Source: Kiritimatiellia bacterium
Lineage (GTDB): Bacteria > Verrucomicrobiota > Kiritimatiellia > CAIQIC01 > Lenti-01
Direction: 5' to 3'
Length of the DNA stretch: 64,000 nucleotides
NCBI GenBank assembly: GCA_040768005.1
Contig: JAXGNL010000004.1
Span: 18,153-82,152 of the forward strand
The position numbers and the translations under genes were made by a program. Shown here in pieces: positions 1-8,442 of the stretch (positions are counted from its first letter, which is position 1; every line of letters begins with the position of its first letter). The notes beneath the pieces were generated by a model, which saw only the letters and a program-made list of their open reading frames with translations, searched no databases and was not told where the DNA came from.

Positions 1-750
1 GCCCTCGCCGCGCAACTCCGCGCCGCCGGCCTGTGGTCCGTCTGCGTCAGCCTCGATGCCGACACGGCCGAGGCCCACGACGCCGCCCGCGGCCCCGGCT
101 CGTTTGCCGTGGCCCTCGAGGCTCTGCGCCTCGCCCGCGCCCAGGGCTTCTACACCATGGCCGGCATGGTCGCCACGCCCGCCGCCGTCCGCGCCGGCAT
201 GCCAAACCGCATCCACCGCCTGCTCGCCGGACTGCGCGCGCACGAACTGCGCATCGTCGAAGCCATGCCCTGCGGCGGACTCTCCGGCTGCGCCGCCTCG
301 GCGCTGCTGGCGCCCGGCGACATCGCCGCCCTCCGGCGGTTCCACGTCGAAACCAACCGCGCCCGGCACGGCCCCAAAGTCTGCGCGTTCAACCATGTCG
401 AAAGCCCCGAGATCTTCGGCTGCGGCGCCGGCACCCAGCACCTCTTCATCGAACCCTCCGGTGTCGTCTGCCCCTGCGACTTCACCCCGCTCGGCTTCGG
501 CAACGTCCGCGACACCCCCCTCGCCGACCTCTGGCACCGCATGAACCTCGCCATGGGCGACAATCCCCGCACCCATTGCTTCATCCAGCGCCACCGCGAT
601 GCCGTCCAGGCCCGCGCCGCCGCCGGCTTTCCCCTGCCGCCCGACCTCAGCGAGCAGATCTGCCGCGAGGCCGGCCCCGAACCCCTCCCCGCCTATTTCG
701 CCCTCGTCACGTCGAACACCCGCGCCCCAACACCCGGAGATGCCCCATGA
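1..750 (+). CDS. radical SAM enzyme, C-terminal SPASM/twitch-domain portion; 5' end lies outside the window
   Basis: Frame 1 is open from nt 1 to a TGA at 748-750. Translation contains the Cys-rich auxiliary-cluster motif CGAGTQHLFIEPSGVVCPCDF typical of SPASM-domain radical SAM proteins. Confidence 0.65.
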   Translation, partial: ALAAQLRAAGLWSVCVSLDADTAEAHDAARGPGSFAVALEALRLARAQGFYTMAGMVATPAAVRAGMPNRIHRLLAGLRAHELRIVEAMPCGGLSGCAASALLAPGDIAALRRFHVETNRARHGPKVCAFNHVESPEIFGCGAGTQHLFIEPSGVVCPCDFTPLGFGNVRDTPLADLWHRMNLAMGDNPRTHCFIQRHRDAVQARAAAGFPLPPDLSEQICREAGPEPLPAYFALVTSNTRAPTPGDAP

Positions 751-1331
751 GCCTGACCCAACGCAAGGTGCTGTTTGTTCTCGTTGCCGCCGCCGCCGGC
801 TTCATTAGCGGACTGCTCGTTCCTCTCGTGTTCGGCGTGCGCGGCGCCATTCTCGGCGGGGCGCTGGCCATCGGCGCTCTTTTCCTGCACCCGCGCCCCG
901 GCGACGGGACTCCTGCGCCCAGGAACCTGGCCGCCACCCTGGGGCTGTCCCTGGCCGTGGCCGCCGCCGCCTTTGCCGCCATTTGCCTTTGGCAGCTGCT
1001 CGTTCCCCATATCCTGCGCCAGACTGACTTCGACGTCACGGGCCTCCCCCCGGCAGCCTCCGCGCTGACCACCTGGTCCTATGCCGCCACCCTCCTGCTG
1101 TTCTACCGCGAACGCCAGGCCGGCCGCCGCCGCGCCTGGGCGTGGTTCGCCGCCGCCCCCCTCCTGGGCACCGCCCTCCGCGCGTGGGGATTCCATGAAC
1201 TCGCCGCCGTCCCCTACATCTTCATCCAAGGCGCCCTCCCCTTCACCGCCCTCTGGCTGCTCGCCGCCCTCCTCGCCGATCCCGCCTGGACCCGCAAGCG
1301 CAGAAGCCGTTACGGGCTTCGATCTCCCTGA
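747..1331 (+). CDS. small integral membrane protein (hypothetical), translationally coupled to the radical SAM gene
   Basis: ATG 747 overlaps the upstream stop (ATGA). About 190 aa with 3-4 hydrophobic helices (LFVLVAAAAGFISGLLVPLVFGV..., AATLGLSLAVAAAAFAAICLW...). No recognisable family. Confidence 0.5.
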   Translation: MSLTQRKVLFVLVAAAAGFISGLLVPLVFGVRGAILGGALAIGALFLHPRPGDGTPAPRNLAATLGLSLAVAAAAFAAICLWQLLVPHILRQTDFDVTGLPPAASALTTWSYAATLLLFYRERQAGRRRAWAWFAAAPLLGTALRAWGFHELAAVPYIFIQGALPFTALWLLAALLADPAWTRKRRSRYGLRSP

Positions 1332-1412
1332 CCCCTTCTCTCCGTTCCCTCTGCACCCGGCCCCCTTGTTCCCGGGCTTGACCCGCCGCCCGGGTTGCAG
1401 GACAGTTTCCCC

Positions 1413-2525
1413 ATGCGCCGCCTGCTTGTCCTCATCCTGTCCGGAGCCGTCATGACCGCTTCCGCCTCCCCCCCCCTGCGCGTCGCCTGCGTCGGCGACA
1501 GCATCACCTACGGCGACCGTCTCGACGACCGCCTCCGCGACGCCTATCCCGCCGTCCTGAACCGCCTCGCCAACGGCCGCTTCGTCGCCGGCAATTTCGG
1601 CGTCAACGGCGCCACCGCCATCGCCGGCATTCCCTTCCGCTCCTGGTCCGCCACCCAGGCCTGCCGCGACGCCATGGCCTTCCACCCCGATATCGTCGTC
1701 GTCATGCTCGGCATCAATGACCTCGCCTTCCCCGATCTCCACAACCGCTATCCCCGGGATCTCCGCGACCTCGTCGAACGCTTCCAGGCCCTGCCCTCCG
1801 CTCCGCGCCTCTTCCTCTGCACCCTGACCCCCGTGGCCGCCGATGCCCCCGACGCCCCCGTCAACCGGACCATCCGCGGCACCCTCAACCCCGCCATCCG
1901 GACCGTGGCCGCCCAGACCGGTGCCGGCATCATTGATCTCTCTCCGGTTTTCGACAACCGCTTCCACCTCTTTCCCGACGGCCTGCATCCCGACCCCGAA
2001 GGCGCCGAACTCATCGCCCGAACCGTCCTGAAGTCCCTGGAGTCCGCCGCCGCGCCGGCCGGCTCCCTCCCCCCGGCCCCCGTCTCCGGCCCCCCCTCGG
2101 AATCCATCCGCCGCGAAGCCCGGGCCGCCCGCTTCCGCGCCGAACTCTGGCTTCAGGACCACCCCGCCCCGGTACCGCCCTCCCAACCGGACGCGCCGGA
2201 AACGGAACAGCCTCCCACGCGCCCCGAAGACCTCGCCGCCCTGCTGCCCCTGCTCGAAGGCGCCATTCCCGCCGGCCTCGCCGACCCGTTCTGCGCCTGC
2301 GCCGAACTGGCCGAGGCTCTCGCCCGCATCGGACACGATACCGTGTTCCTCGACGACTCCCGCCCCGTCGCCTGGCGCGAAGCCCTCCTCCACCAGCTCG
2401 TTCAGCGCCAGCGCATCGATTCCCGCGGACGCGGCTTCTGGGGCGACGGCGACGAGGCCGCCGAACTCGCCCGCTCCACCGCCTGCGCCCTCCGGGCCCT
2501 CGAAGCCGCCGGCATCGGCCCGTAA
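1413..2525 (+). CDS. secreted SGNH/GDSL-family hydrolase with ~170-aa C-terminal extension of unknown function
   Basis: Signal peptide MRRLLVLILSGAVMTASA. GDSIT block (VACVGDSITYGD) and a downstream DGLHP block characteristic of SGNH hydrolases. ATG at 1413 is in frame with the track ORF 1395..2525. Confidence 0.7.
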   Translation: MRRLLVLILSGAVMTASASPPLRVACVGDSITYGDRLDDRLRDAYPAVLNRLANGRFVAGNFGVNGATAIAGIPFRSWSATQACRDAMAFHPDIVVVMLGINDLAFPDLHNRYPRDLRDLVERFQALPSAPRLFLCTLTPVAADAPDAPVNRTIRGTLNPAIRTVAAQTGAGIIDLSPVFDNRFHLFPDGLHPDPEGAELIARTVLKSLESAAAPAGSLPPAPVSGPPSESIRREARAARFRAELWLQDHPAPVPPSQPDAPETEQPPTRPEDLAALLPLLEGAIPAGLADPFCACAELAEALARIGHDTVFLDDSRPVAWREALLHQLVQRQRIDSRGRGFWGDGDEAAELARSTACALRALEAAGIGP

Positions 2526-2792
2526 AAATATCGCGTTGCGTTCGCTGCGGGCCACCCGCGGCTGTCATCCCGAGCTTGCTTGCCTCGCCGGAGCCTTGCG
2601 CGAAGGCGGGTCGAGGGATCTCGATCCCGGTCCCGCCGGCCCGCCGTTGGGATCAGGCCGGGATATTTCGACTCCGGCGCGATGCGCCTTCGCTCAATAT
2701 GACCCGAGCTTGCACCCAATCGCAGATGCGCCCCGCCCCCCCCGCCGTGCTTTTGGCTGGTGTCCGGCCGCGCCCTGCGGCAGGATGCCCCC

Positions 2793-3587
2793 ATGATGCG
2801 TCCCGACCATTTGAAAATCTCCGCCTGCGTCACCGCCGGCAACGAGGAGGACAAGATCGCCGCCTGTCTCGCCAGCCTGTCCTGGTGCGATGAAACCATT
2901 GTCGTGGACTCCTTCAGCCGGGACAAAACCTTCGAAATCTCCAAACAGTACACCCCCCACGTCTATCAGCACGCCTGGGAAGGCTACATCGCCCAGAAAA
3001 ACTACATCCGCTCCCTCGCCCACTATCCCTGGATCCTGTTCGTGGACGCCGACGAAGTGGTCTCCAAGGCCCTGCGCGACGAAATCGAGACCGAATTCCA
3101 GCGCGGCCCCGGCGACGTGGCCGGCTACAGCTTCCCCCGCATGGTCCATTATCTCGGCAAATGGATCCGCCACGGCGAATGGTACCCCGACATCAAACTG
3201 CGCCTGTTCCGGAAGGACCGCGGCCATTCCGAAGGCCAGGAACCCCACGACCGCGTCGTCGTGGACGGCCCCGTCAAAACCCTCCGCGCCCCCCTCTACC
3301 ACTTCACCTACGACAACCTCGCCGACCACATCCATACCATCAACCGGTTCTCCTCCATCACCGCCAACGAGAAATACCACCGCGGCGACGTCTTCCGCTG
3401 GCGCGATCTGTTCTTCCGCCCCCCCTTCCGCTTCTTCAAGTCCTACATCCTGAAAACCGGCCTCCTCGACGGCCGCCAGGGCTTCATCATCGCCGTCCTG
3501 TCCGCCTTCGGCGTCTTCGTCAAGTATGCCAAGCTCCTGGAACTCGGCATCCAGCACCGCCCCCCCGATCCCCGGCCCCATGACTGA
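2793..3587 (+). CDS. family-2 glycosyltransferase, LPS-core type (WaaE/KdtX-like)
   Basis: ORF 2760..3587. ATG 2793 gives MMRPDHLKISACVTAGNEED...VDSFSRD...FVDADE, the GT-A fold with a DxD-like DADE motif. Its stop overlaps the start of the next gene by 8 nt. Confidence 0.75.
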   Translation: MMRPDHLKISACVTAGNEEDKIAACLASLSWCDETIVVDSFSRDKTFEISKQYTPHVYQHAWEGYIAQKNYIRSLAHYPWILFVDADEVVSKALRDEIETEFQRGPGDVAGYSFPRMVHYLGKWIRHGEWYPDIKLRLFRKDRGHSEGQEPHDRVVVDGPVKTLRAPLYHFTYDNLADHIHTINRFSSITANEKYHRGDVFRWRDLFFRPPFRFFKSYILKTGLLDGRQGFIIAVLSAFGVFVKYAKLLELGIQHRPPDPRPHD

Positions 3588-5670
3588 ACCCGCCTGGCAG
3601 ACGCGCGGCCCCTGGCGCCTCCTCATCGCCTCCGGCCGGGACCGGCCCGGCTTCGATGAAACCCTCGCGCGCCTCCCGTTTCTCGTGGAAAAAGAGGCGG
3701 CCCCCCTCGTCCGCCCCGGCCGCCACCGCGTGGACCGCCTCCTGCTGTCCTGCGGCGACGCCACCATGGACGCCGTCGTCAAATCCTACGGCGCGCAGGC
3801 CGCCTGGCGCGACCGCCTCGCCCTGCGGCACGGCTCCAAGGCCGAACGCGCCTTCCGCACCGCCCTCGCCCTCCGCGACGCCGGCGTCGGCACCCCCGCC
3901 CCCATCGCCGTCGTCGAACGCTGGGAAGGCCCCCGCCTCCGCGACAGCCGCCTCGTCTCCGCCTTCGTCCCCCGCCTGACCAGCTTCCGCGACGAACTCG
4001 ATCGCCTCTATGCCGAAGCTCCCCGCTGCACCCCCCTCATGGACCTGCTCCAGGCCGTCGCCGGCGCCGTCCGGGCCCTGCACGATGCCGGCATCCTCCA
4101 CCGCGACCTCGGCAACCAGAACATCGCCCTTCAGCGCGACCCCGATCAGCCCGGCGCCCCCTGGAACGTCCTGTTTCTCGACCTCAACCGCGCCCGCCAG
4201 ATCCCCGCCCCCACCCCCGCCCAGCGCGGCGCCGATCTCGCCCGCCTCGACCTGCCCTCGGATTTCCGCCGCGTCTTCCACGCCATGTACCACCACGGCC
4301 ATTCCCCGCCGCCCGAGTTCGCCGACGCCGAACAACGCGCCCGCGCCGCCTTCGACCGCCATACCGCCCTGCGCCCCCTCCGCCATCCCCTGCGCGAAGC
4401 CCGCCTCCGCCGCCAGAACGCCGGCGTCACCCCCCCCCTGCGCGGACGCGACATCTGGATCTGGGACGACCGCTCCGCCCAGGCCATCCCCGCCTATGCC
4501 CCCCGCGACCGCCGGCGCCTCCTGCCCGCCGCCAACGTCACCGCCGCCCTGCGCGGCATCGCCCGTACCGGCCTCGCCATCCGCCGCCGCCACCGCGACC
4601 TTCTCCGGCAGAGCTTCCAGGCCCCCGTGCCGTTCGACGGCGCCATCGGCATGACCCTCGACGCCGAACCCGCCGCCTGGTCCCGCCAGCTCGCCTTTCT
4701 CGATCAGCTGCAGGGCGAACAGAAACTCCCCCTCCTCCTCCGCCTCTATCATCACCAGAATCCCGAGGCCTGGCACTGGACCCTCGACCAGGCCCTGAAC
4801 CTCCACCGCCGCGGGCATTCCGTCGCCCTTGCCCTCGTCCAGGACCGCCGCGCCATCCGCGAACCCAAAGGCTGGCGCCAGATGGTCACCCTCGCCTTCG
4901 ACCGCGCCCACACCTTCGCCGACTTCTTCGAAATCGGCCACGCCGTCAACCGCTCCAAATGGGGCATCTGGGATTTCCGCGACTACGCCCGCCTGCTCGA
5001 CCCCGTCCGGTCCAGCCTCATCCAGTATCCCGACGCCCGGATCACCGGGCCCGCCTGCATCGATTTCGAACCCCACGCCCTCGCCGCCCTGCTCGAGATC
5101 CTTCCCCCGGACATCCGCTTCCACGCCCTCTCCCACCACCTTTACGTGGACCGCCGCGGCGCCCCCGAAAACCGCCAGGGCCCTCACGACACCGTCTCCA
5201 AATGCGCCCTCCTGCGCGCCTTCGCACGCGTCCATTCCTTCACCGACGACCGGCCCCTCATCACCGAAGTCAACTGGCCCCTCGCCGGCACCGGCCCCTG
5301 GTCCCCCGTCACCTCCCCCTACGAAACCCTCGCCCCCCGCCAAAACGATCCCTCCGTCAGCGAAGACACCTACGCCGCCTACATGGCCCGCTACCTCCTG
5401 CTGACCATCGCCTCCGGCCACATCGCCCGGGTCTACTGGTGGCGCCTCGCCGCCCGCGGCTTCGGACTCGTGGACGACACCGATCCCGCCGCCTGGCGCC
5501 CCCGCCCCGCCTTCACCGCCCTGCAAACCATGCTCCGCCAACTCCGCGGCGCCGCCTTCTCGCGCAAACCCGAAACCCCTCCCGGCGAAGTCGCCCTCGA
5601 ATTCACCCGCCCCGACGGGTCCCCCCTCACCGCCCGCTGGACCCTCGACACCCCCCCCGTGTGGGACTGA
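3580..5670 (+). CDS. two-domain protein: N-terminal lipopolysaccharide kinase (Kdo/WaaP/InaA family) domain fused to a C-terminal clan GH-A-like TIM-barrel domain
   Basis: ATG 3580 (MTEPAWQ...) lies inside ORF 3526..5670. N-terminal ~300 aa carry kinase-like HRDLGNQNIAL ... LFLDLNRA motifs. C-terminal ~390 aa carry glycoside-hydrolase-like strands (FFEIGHAVN, PLITEVNWP). It is a single uninterrupted frame of 696 aa. Confidence 0.6.
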   Translation: MTEPAWQTRGPWRLLIASGRDRPGFDETLARLPFLVEKEAAPLVRPGRHRVDRLLLSCGDATMDAVVKSYGAQAAWRDRLALRHGSKAERAFRTALALRDAGVGTPAPIAVVERWEGPRLRDSRLVSAFVPRLTSFRDELDRLYAEAPRCTPLMDLLQAVAGAVRALHDAGILHRDLGNQNIALQRDPDQPGAPWNVLFLDLNRARQIPAPTPAQRGADLARLDLPSDFRRVFHAMYHHGHSPPPEFADAEQRARAAFDRHTALRPLRHPLREARLRRQNAGVTPPLRGRDIWIWDDRSAQAIPAYAPRDRRRLLPAANVTAALRGIARTGLAIRRRHRDLLRQSFQAPVPFDGAIGMTLDAEPAAWSRQLAFLDQLQGEQKLPLLLRLYHHQNPEAWHWTLDQALNLHRRGHSVALALVQDRRAIREPKGWRQMVTLAFDRAHTFADFFEIGHAVNRSKWGIWDFRDYARLLDPVRSSLIQYPDARITGPACIDFEPHALAALLEILPPDIRFHALSHHLYVDRRGAPENRQGPHDTVSKCALLRAFARVHSFTDDRPLITEVNWPLAGTGPWSPVTSPYETLAPRQNDPSVSEDTYAAYMARYLLLTIASGHIARVYWWRLAARGFGLVDDTDPAAWRPRPAFTALQTMLRQLRGAAFSRKPETPPGEVALEFTRPDGSPLTARWTLDTPPVWD

Positions 5671-5749
5671 TCCCCCGCCCGGCAAACCGGGCGTCGTCCC
5701 CCGGGCACTCGTCCCCGCAACCCTCGAGTCCAACCGTCTCCCCCCCTGC

Positions 5750-5858
5750 ACGGTGTTTATAAACTCCGATACCCCCGAATCAATACTGTCTTCTATAACG
5801 CTTCTTACTTGCTCATGAATAAGCAGATATGAAGTGAACGGTGTTTATAAACTCCGAT
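5750..5858. repeat. two identical 21-bp direct repeats (ACGGTGTTTATAAACTCCGAT), each a near-palindrome, flanking a 67-bp AT-rich spacer between convergent gene ends
   Basis: Copies at about 5750-5770 and 5838-5858, seen directly in the sequence. The core GTTTATAAAC is self-complementary. Local GC is far below the ~70% window average. Confidence 0.8.
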
Positions 5859-5875
5859 CACTTTCTGAAGAGTGT

Positions 5876-6523
5876 TCAGGGCAGGACGTGCCAGAGGATG
5901 GCGCAAAAATGACAGGCGGCGCCCGCCAGCACCAGCAGGTGCCAGACCGCGTGGTGGTATCGCACGCGCTTGAACAGATAGACCACCGCGCCCGCGGTGT
6001 AGCACAGCCCCCCCGCCCACAGCCAGCGCACCCCCGCCGCCGACATGTGCTCCACCAGCGGCTTCATCGCAAACACGATCACCCACCCCATCAGCACGTA
6101 CAGCGCCGTGCTCGCCGCCTTGAACCGCCCCGTGAAGAATCCCTGAAAGACCATCCCGACCGCCGCGATCCCCCACACCACCCCGAACAGCGTCCAGCCC
6201 AGCGCTCCCCGCAGCGTGATCAGCACGAACGGCGTGTACGTCCCCGCGATCATCAGGAAGATCATCTCGTGATCCAGCACGCGGAACACCCGCTTCACCC
6301 TCGGCCACGGAAAGCTGTGGTACAACGTGGACGTCGTGAACATCAGCACCATCGCCGCCCCGTAGATCGCGCACGGCGCCACCTGCCAGGCCCCCTCCCC
6401 GCGCTGCACCGCCGCCACCATCAGCACCACCAGGCCGGCAATCCCCAGCACCGCCCCCAGCCCGTGCGTCACCGCATGGGCAATCTCCTCGCCCACCGTG
6501 TATCTGGACGCCGAAGCGCTCAT
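5876..6523 (-). CDS. hemolysin-III / PAQR family membrane protein (YqfA-like)
   Basis: ORF 5876..6634. ATG at 6523 gives MSASASRYTVGEEIAHAVTHGLGA..., with seven hydrophobic helices and the conserved His-rich termini of the HlyIII family. Confidence 0.8.
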   Translation of the reverse strand: MSASASRYTVGEEIAHAVTHGLGAVLGIAGLVVLMVAAVQRGEGAWQVAPCAIYGAAMVLMFTTSTLYHSFPWPRVKRVFRVLDHEMIFLMIAGTYTPFVLITLRGALGWTLFGVVWGIAAVGMVFQGFFTGRFKAASTALYVLMGWVIVFAMKPLVEHMSAAGVRWLWAGGLCYTAGAVVYLFKRVRYHHAVWHLLVLAGAACHFCAILWHVLP

Positions 6524-6590
6524 GCCGCCTGCCCCGGTTCCCCGCGACCTTGTGCGGCCGGCCCCAGACCCCCGCGCCCTCGCGCCGGGA

Positions 6591-6662
6591 TTTTCCACGC
6601 CATGGAAAACTGTTCCGCCGGTTTTCCACGCCATGGAAAAGATTTTTCCACACCGTGGAAAA
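6591..6662. promoter_or_regulatory. array of three 19-bp palindromic sites TTTTCCAC-N3-GTGGAAAA upstream of the hemolysin-III gene
   Basis: ttttccacgccatggaaaa at 6591-6609 and again at 6622-6640, and ttttccacaccgtggaaaa at 6644-6662. Centre-to-centre spacings are 31 and 22 bp. The array lies between the hndD 3' end and the hlyIII start, 68-140 bp upstream of the hlyIII ATG. Confidence 0.6.
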
Positions 6663-6698
6663 TCCGGAAAATGCCGATCCCTGTCACGATCCCGGCTC

Positions 6699-8442
6699 CT
6701 AGCGCTTGTACTTCCGCCGCGGCCGGTAGCCCGTGTGCAGCAGCTCGTGGGACTTGTGCCCCAGCGGCGCGCCCAGGAAATCCTTGTAGAGCTTCTGGAT
6801 CATCGGATTTTCGTGCGAACAGCGGAACGCGCTCTTTTCATCGTCGCGGTAGATGCCCGCCGCGCGCTGCGCGCGGATCTCGTCGGTGGCGCCGTACGGC
6901 TGCCCGCCGCCGCCCACGCAACCCCCGCGGCACGCCATCACCTCGATGAAGTGGAACGGCGTCTCCACCCCCTTCTTCCGTGCCGCGCGCACCTTGTCGA
7001 GCACCTTCTCGATGTTGGCCATCGAGTGGGCCACCGCCACGCGCACTTCCTTGCCCGCCACCTGCAGCGTCGCCTCCTTCACGCCGTCGAGCCCGCGGAT
7101 CGCCGTCAGTTCCATCGTGGGCAGCCGCCCTTGTCAGCGCTCCAGTGCGCCGTGCGCAGCGCGGCCTCCATCACGCCGCCGGTCACGCCGAAGATCGTGC
7201 CCGCCCCCGTGTAGTCGCCCAGCACCGAGTCCACCCTGCTCGTCGTCGGGCAGGTTCGGGAAGTCGATCCCCGCGCTCTTGATCATCCGGCAGAGCTCGC
7301 GCGTCGTCAGCGAATAATCGATGTCCTGCTGCCCGAGCTGCTCATCTCCTCGCTGCGGCGGATCTCGAACTTCTTGGCCGTGCAGGGCATGATGGACACC
7401 ACAAACAGGTCCTTGGGATCCAGCCCCAGCCGCTTGGCGTAGTAGGCCTTCAGCGCCCCCACCATCGCCTGCGGCGACTTGGCCGTCGAGAAGTTCGAAT
7501 GAAGTCCGGCGCGAATTTCTCCATGTAGTCGGTCCACGATTGGCAGTAGTTGGTGATCAGCGGCAGGTCGCCCTCGCTGTTCACGAAGCGCTCGATGAAC
7601 TCGGAGCCCTCCTCCATGATCGTCAGGTCCGCGCCGAAATTCGTGTCGAACACCGCGTTGAACCCCAGCCGCCGCAGCGCGGCGTAGATCTTGCCCGTCA
7701 GCAGCGTCCCCGGCTCGTAGCCGAAATCCTCCTCCAGCGCCACGCGCACCGCCGGGGCGATCTGCACCACGCAGCAGCCGGGTCCGCCAGCGCCGCGTAC
7801 ACTTCCTTCGCGTGGCTGTGCTCGTAGATCGCCCTCACCGGACAGTGCGCCGAGCACTGCCCGCACTGGATGCACGGCGATCGCCAGCGTCACGTCCGCC
7901 GCCGGCGCGATGCGCGTGGTCTCCCCGCGCCCGATGAACTCCAGCGCCCACACCCCTGCATCTGCTGGCACACCGCCGCGCACCGCCCGCACAGAATGCA
8001 CTTCTCCGGATTCAGGATCAGCGCATCCCGTCGTGTCGTCCGCCGGCAGGTCCCGCAGCCGCTTGCCGTAGGGCGCCTCGCGCACCCCGAACTCCGCCGC
8101 CAGCCGCTGCAGCTCGCAGTTGTTGTTGCGCGGGCACTGCAGGCAGTCGTCCGGATGCGTCGAGAGAATCAGCTGGATCACCGTGCGCCGGATGCCGTAG
8201 AGCTCCGGATCGTGGGTCGTGACCTCCTGGCCGTCCGCCGCCGGCGCCACGCACGCGCGCACCAGCTTGTTGAACCCCTTGATCTTCACCACGCAGATCC
8301 CGCACGCCGCCCACGCCGGCAGGTCCGGGTGGTAGCACAGGCTCGGAATCTTCACCTGCACCTGCTTCGCCGCGTTCAGGATCGTCGTGCCCTCCGGCAC
8401 CTCCACCGGCAGCCCGTTGATGGTCAGCTTGACTGTCTTCAT
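6699..8442 (-). pseudogene. hndD: [FeFe]-hydrogenase catalytic subunit (HndD/HydA-type), interrupted by multiple frame breaks
   Basis: Consecutive pieces of one HydA homolog lie in three track ORFs in different frames (7450..8607, 7307..7537, 6699..7115), and further pieces lie in untracked frames. The N-terminus has a 2Fe-2S block (CYHPDLPAWAACGICVV) and a His-ligated 4Fe-4S block (HPDDCLQCPRNNNCE). The ferredoxin motifs CILCGRCAAVC and CIQCGQCSAHCP are only recovered in alternative frames. H-cluster motifs MPCTAKKFE and FIEVMACRGGCVGGGGQP are present. I counted at least 6-8 frame switches by hand. The start ATG overlaps the hndC stop (ATGA). Confidence 0.85.

Noticed and set aside
693-2555. 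620-aa Gly/Ala/Glu-rich ORF on the minus strand
   Set aside because: Antisense to the GDSL hydrolase and membrane-protein genes. Low-complexity composition typical of high-GC antisense frames. No family resemblance.
2526-2792. Imperfect hairpins and a GGGATC-TC-GATCCC palindrome upstream of the GT2 gene
   Set aside because: The symmetry is weak and of a kind common in GC-rich leaders. It is not strong enough to call a regulatory site.
3520-5751. 743-aa minus-strand ORF and several 100-270-aa ORFs (4010..4654, 4959..5762 and others)
   Set aside because: Antisense to or frame-shifted over the kinase-fusion gene. Pro/Arg/Gly-rich, as expected for alternative frames of GC-rich coding DNA.
6591-6662. 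Possible CRISPR array
   Set aside because: There are only three copies of a palindromic 19-mer with unequal 3-12-bp gaps and no cas genes. The repeat is much more consistent with protein-binding sites than with a CRISPR repeat-spacer array.
7430-7510. Exact position of the hndD frame break in this stretch
   Set aside because: My base-by-base translation of the printed sequence and the six-frame track agree on the protein segments but place the slipped base at different sites within about 60 nt. I therefore give break positions only approximately and do not rely on single-nucleotide precision anywhere.
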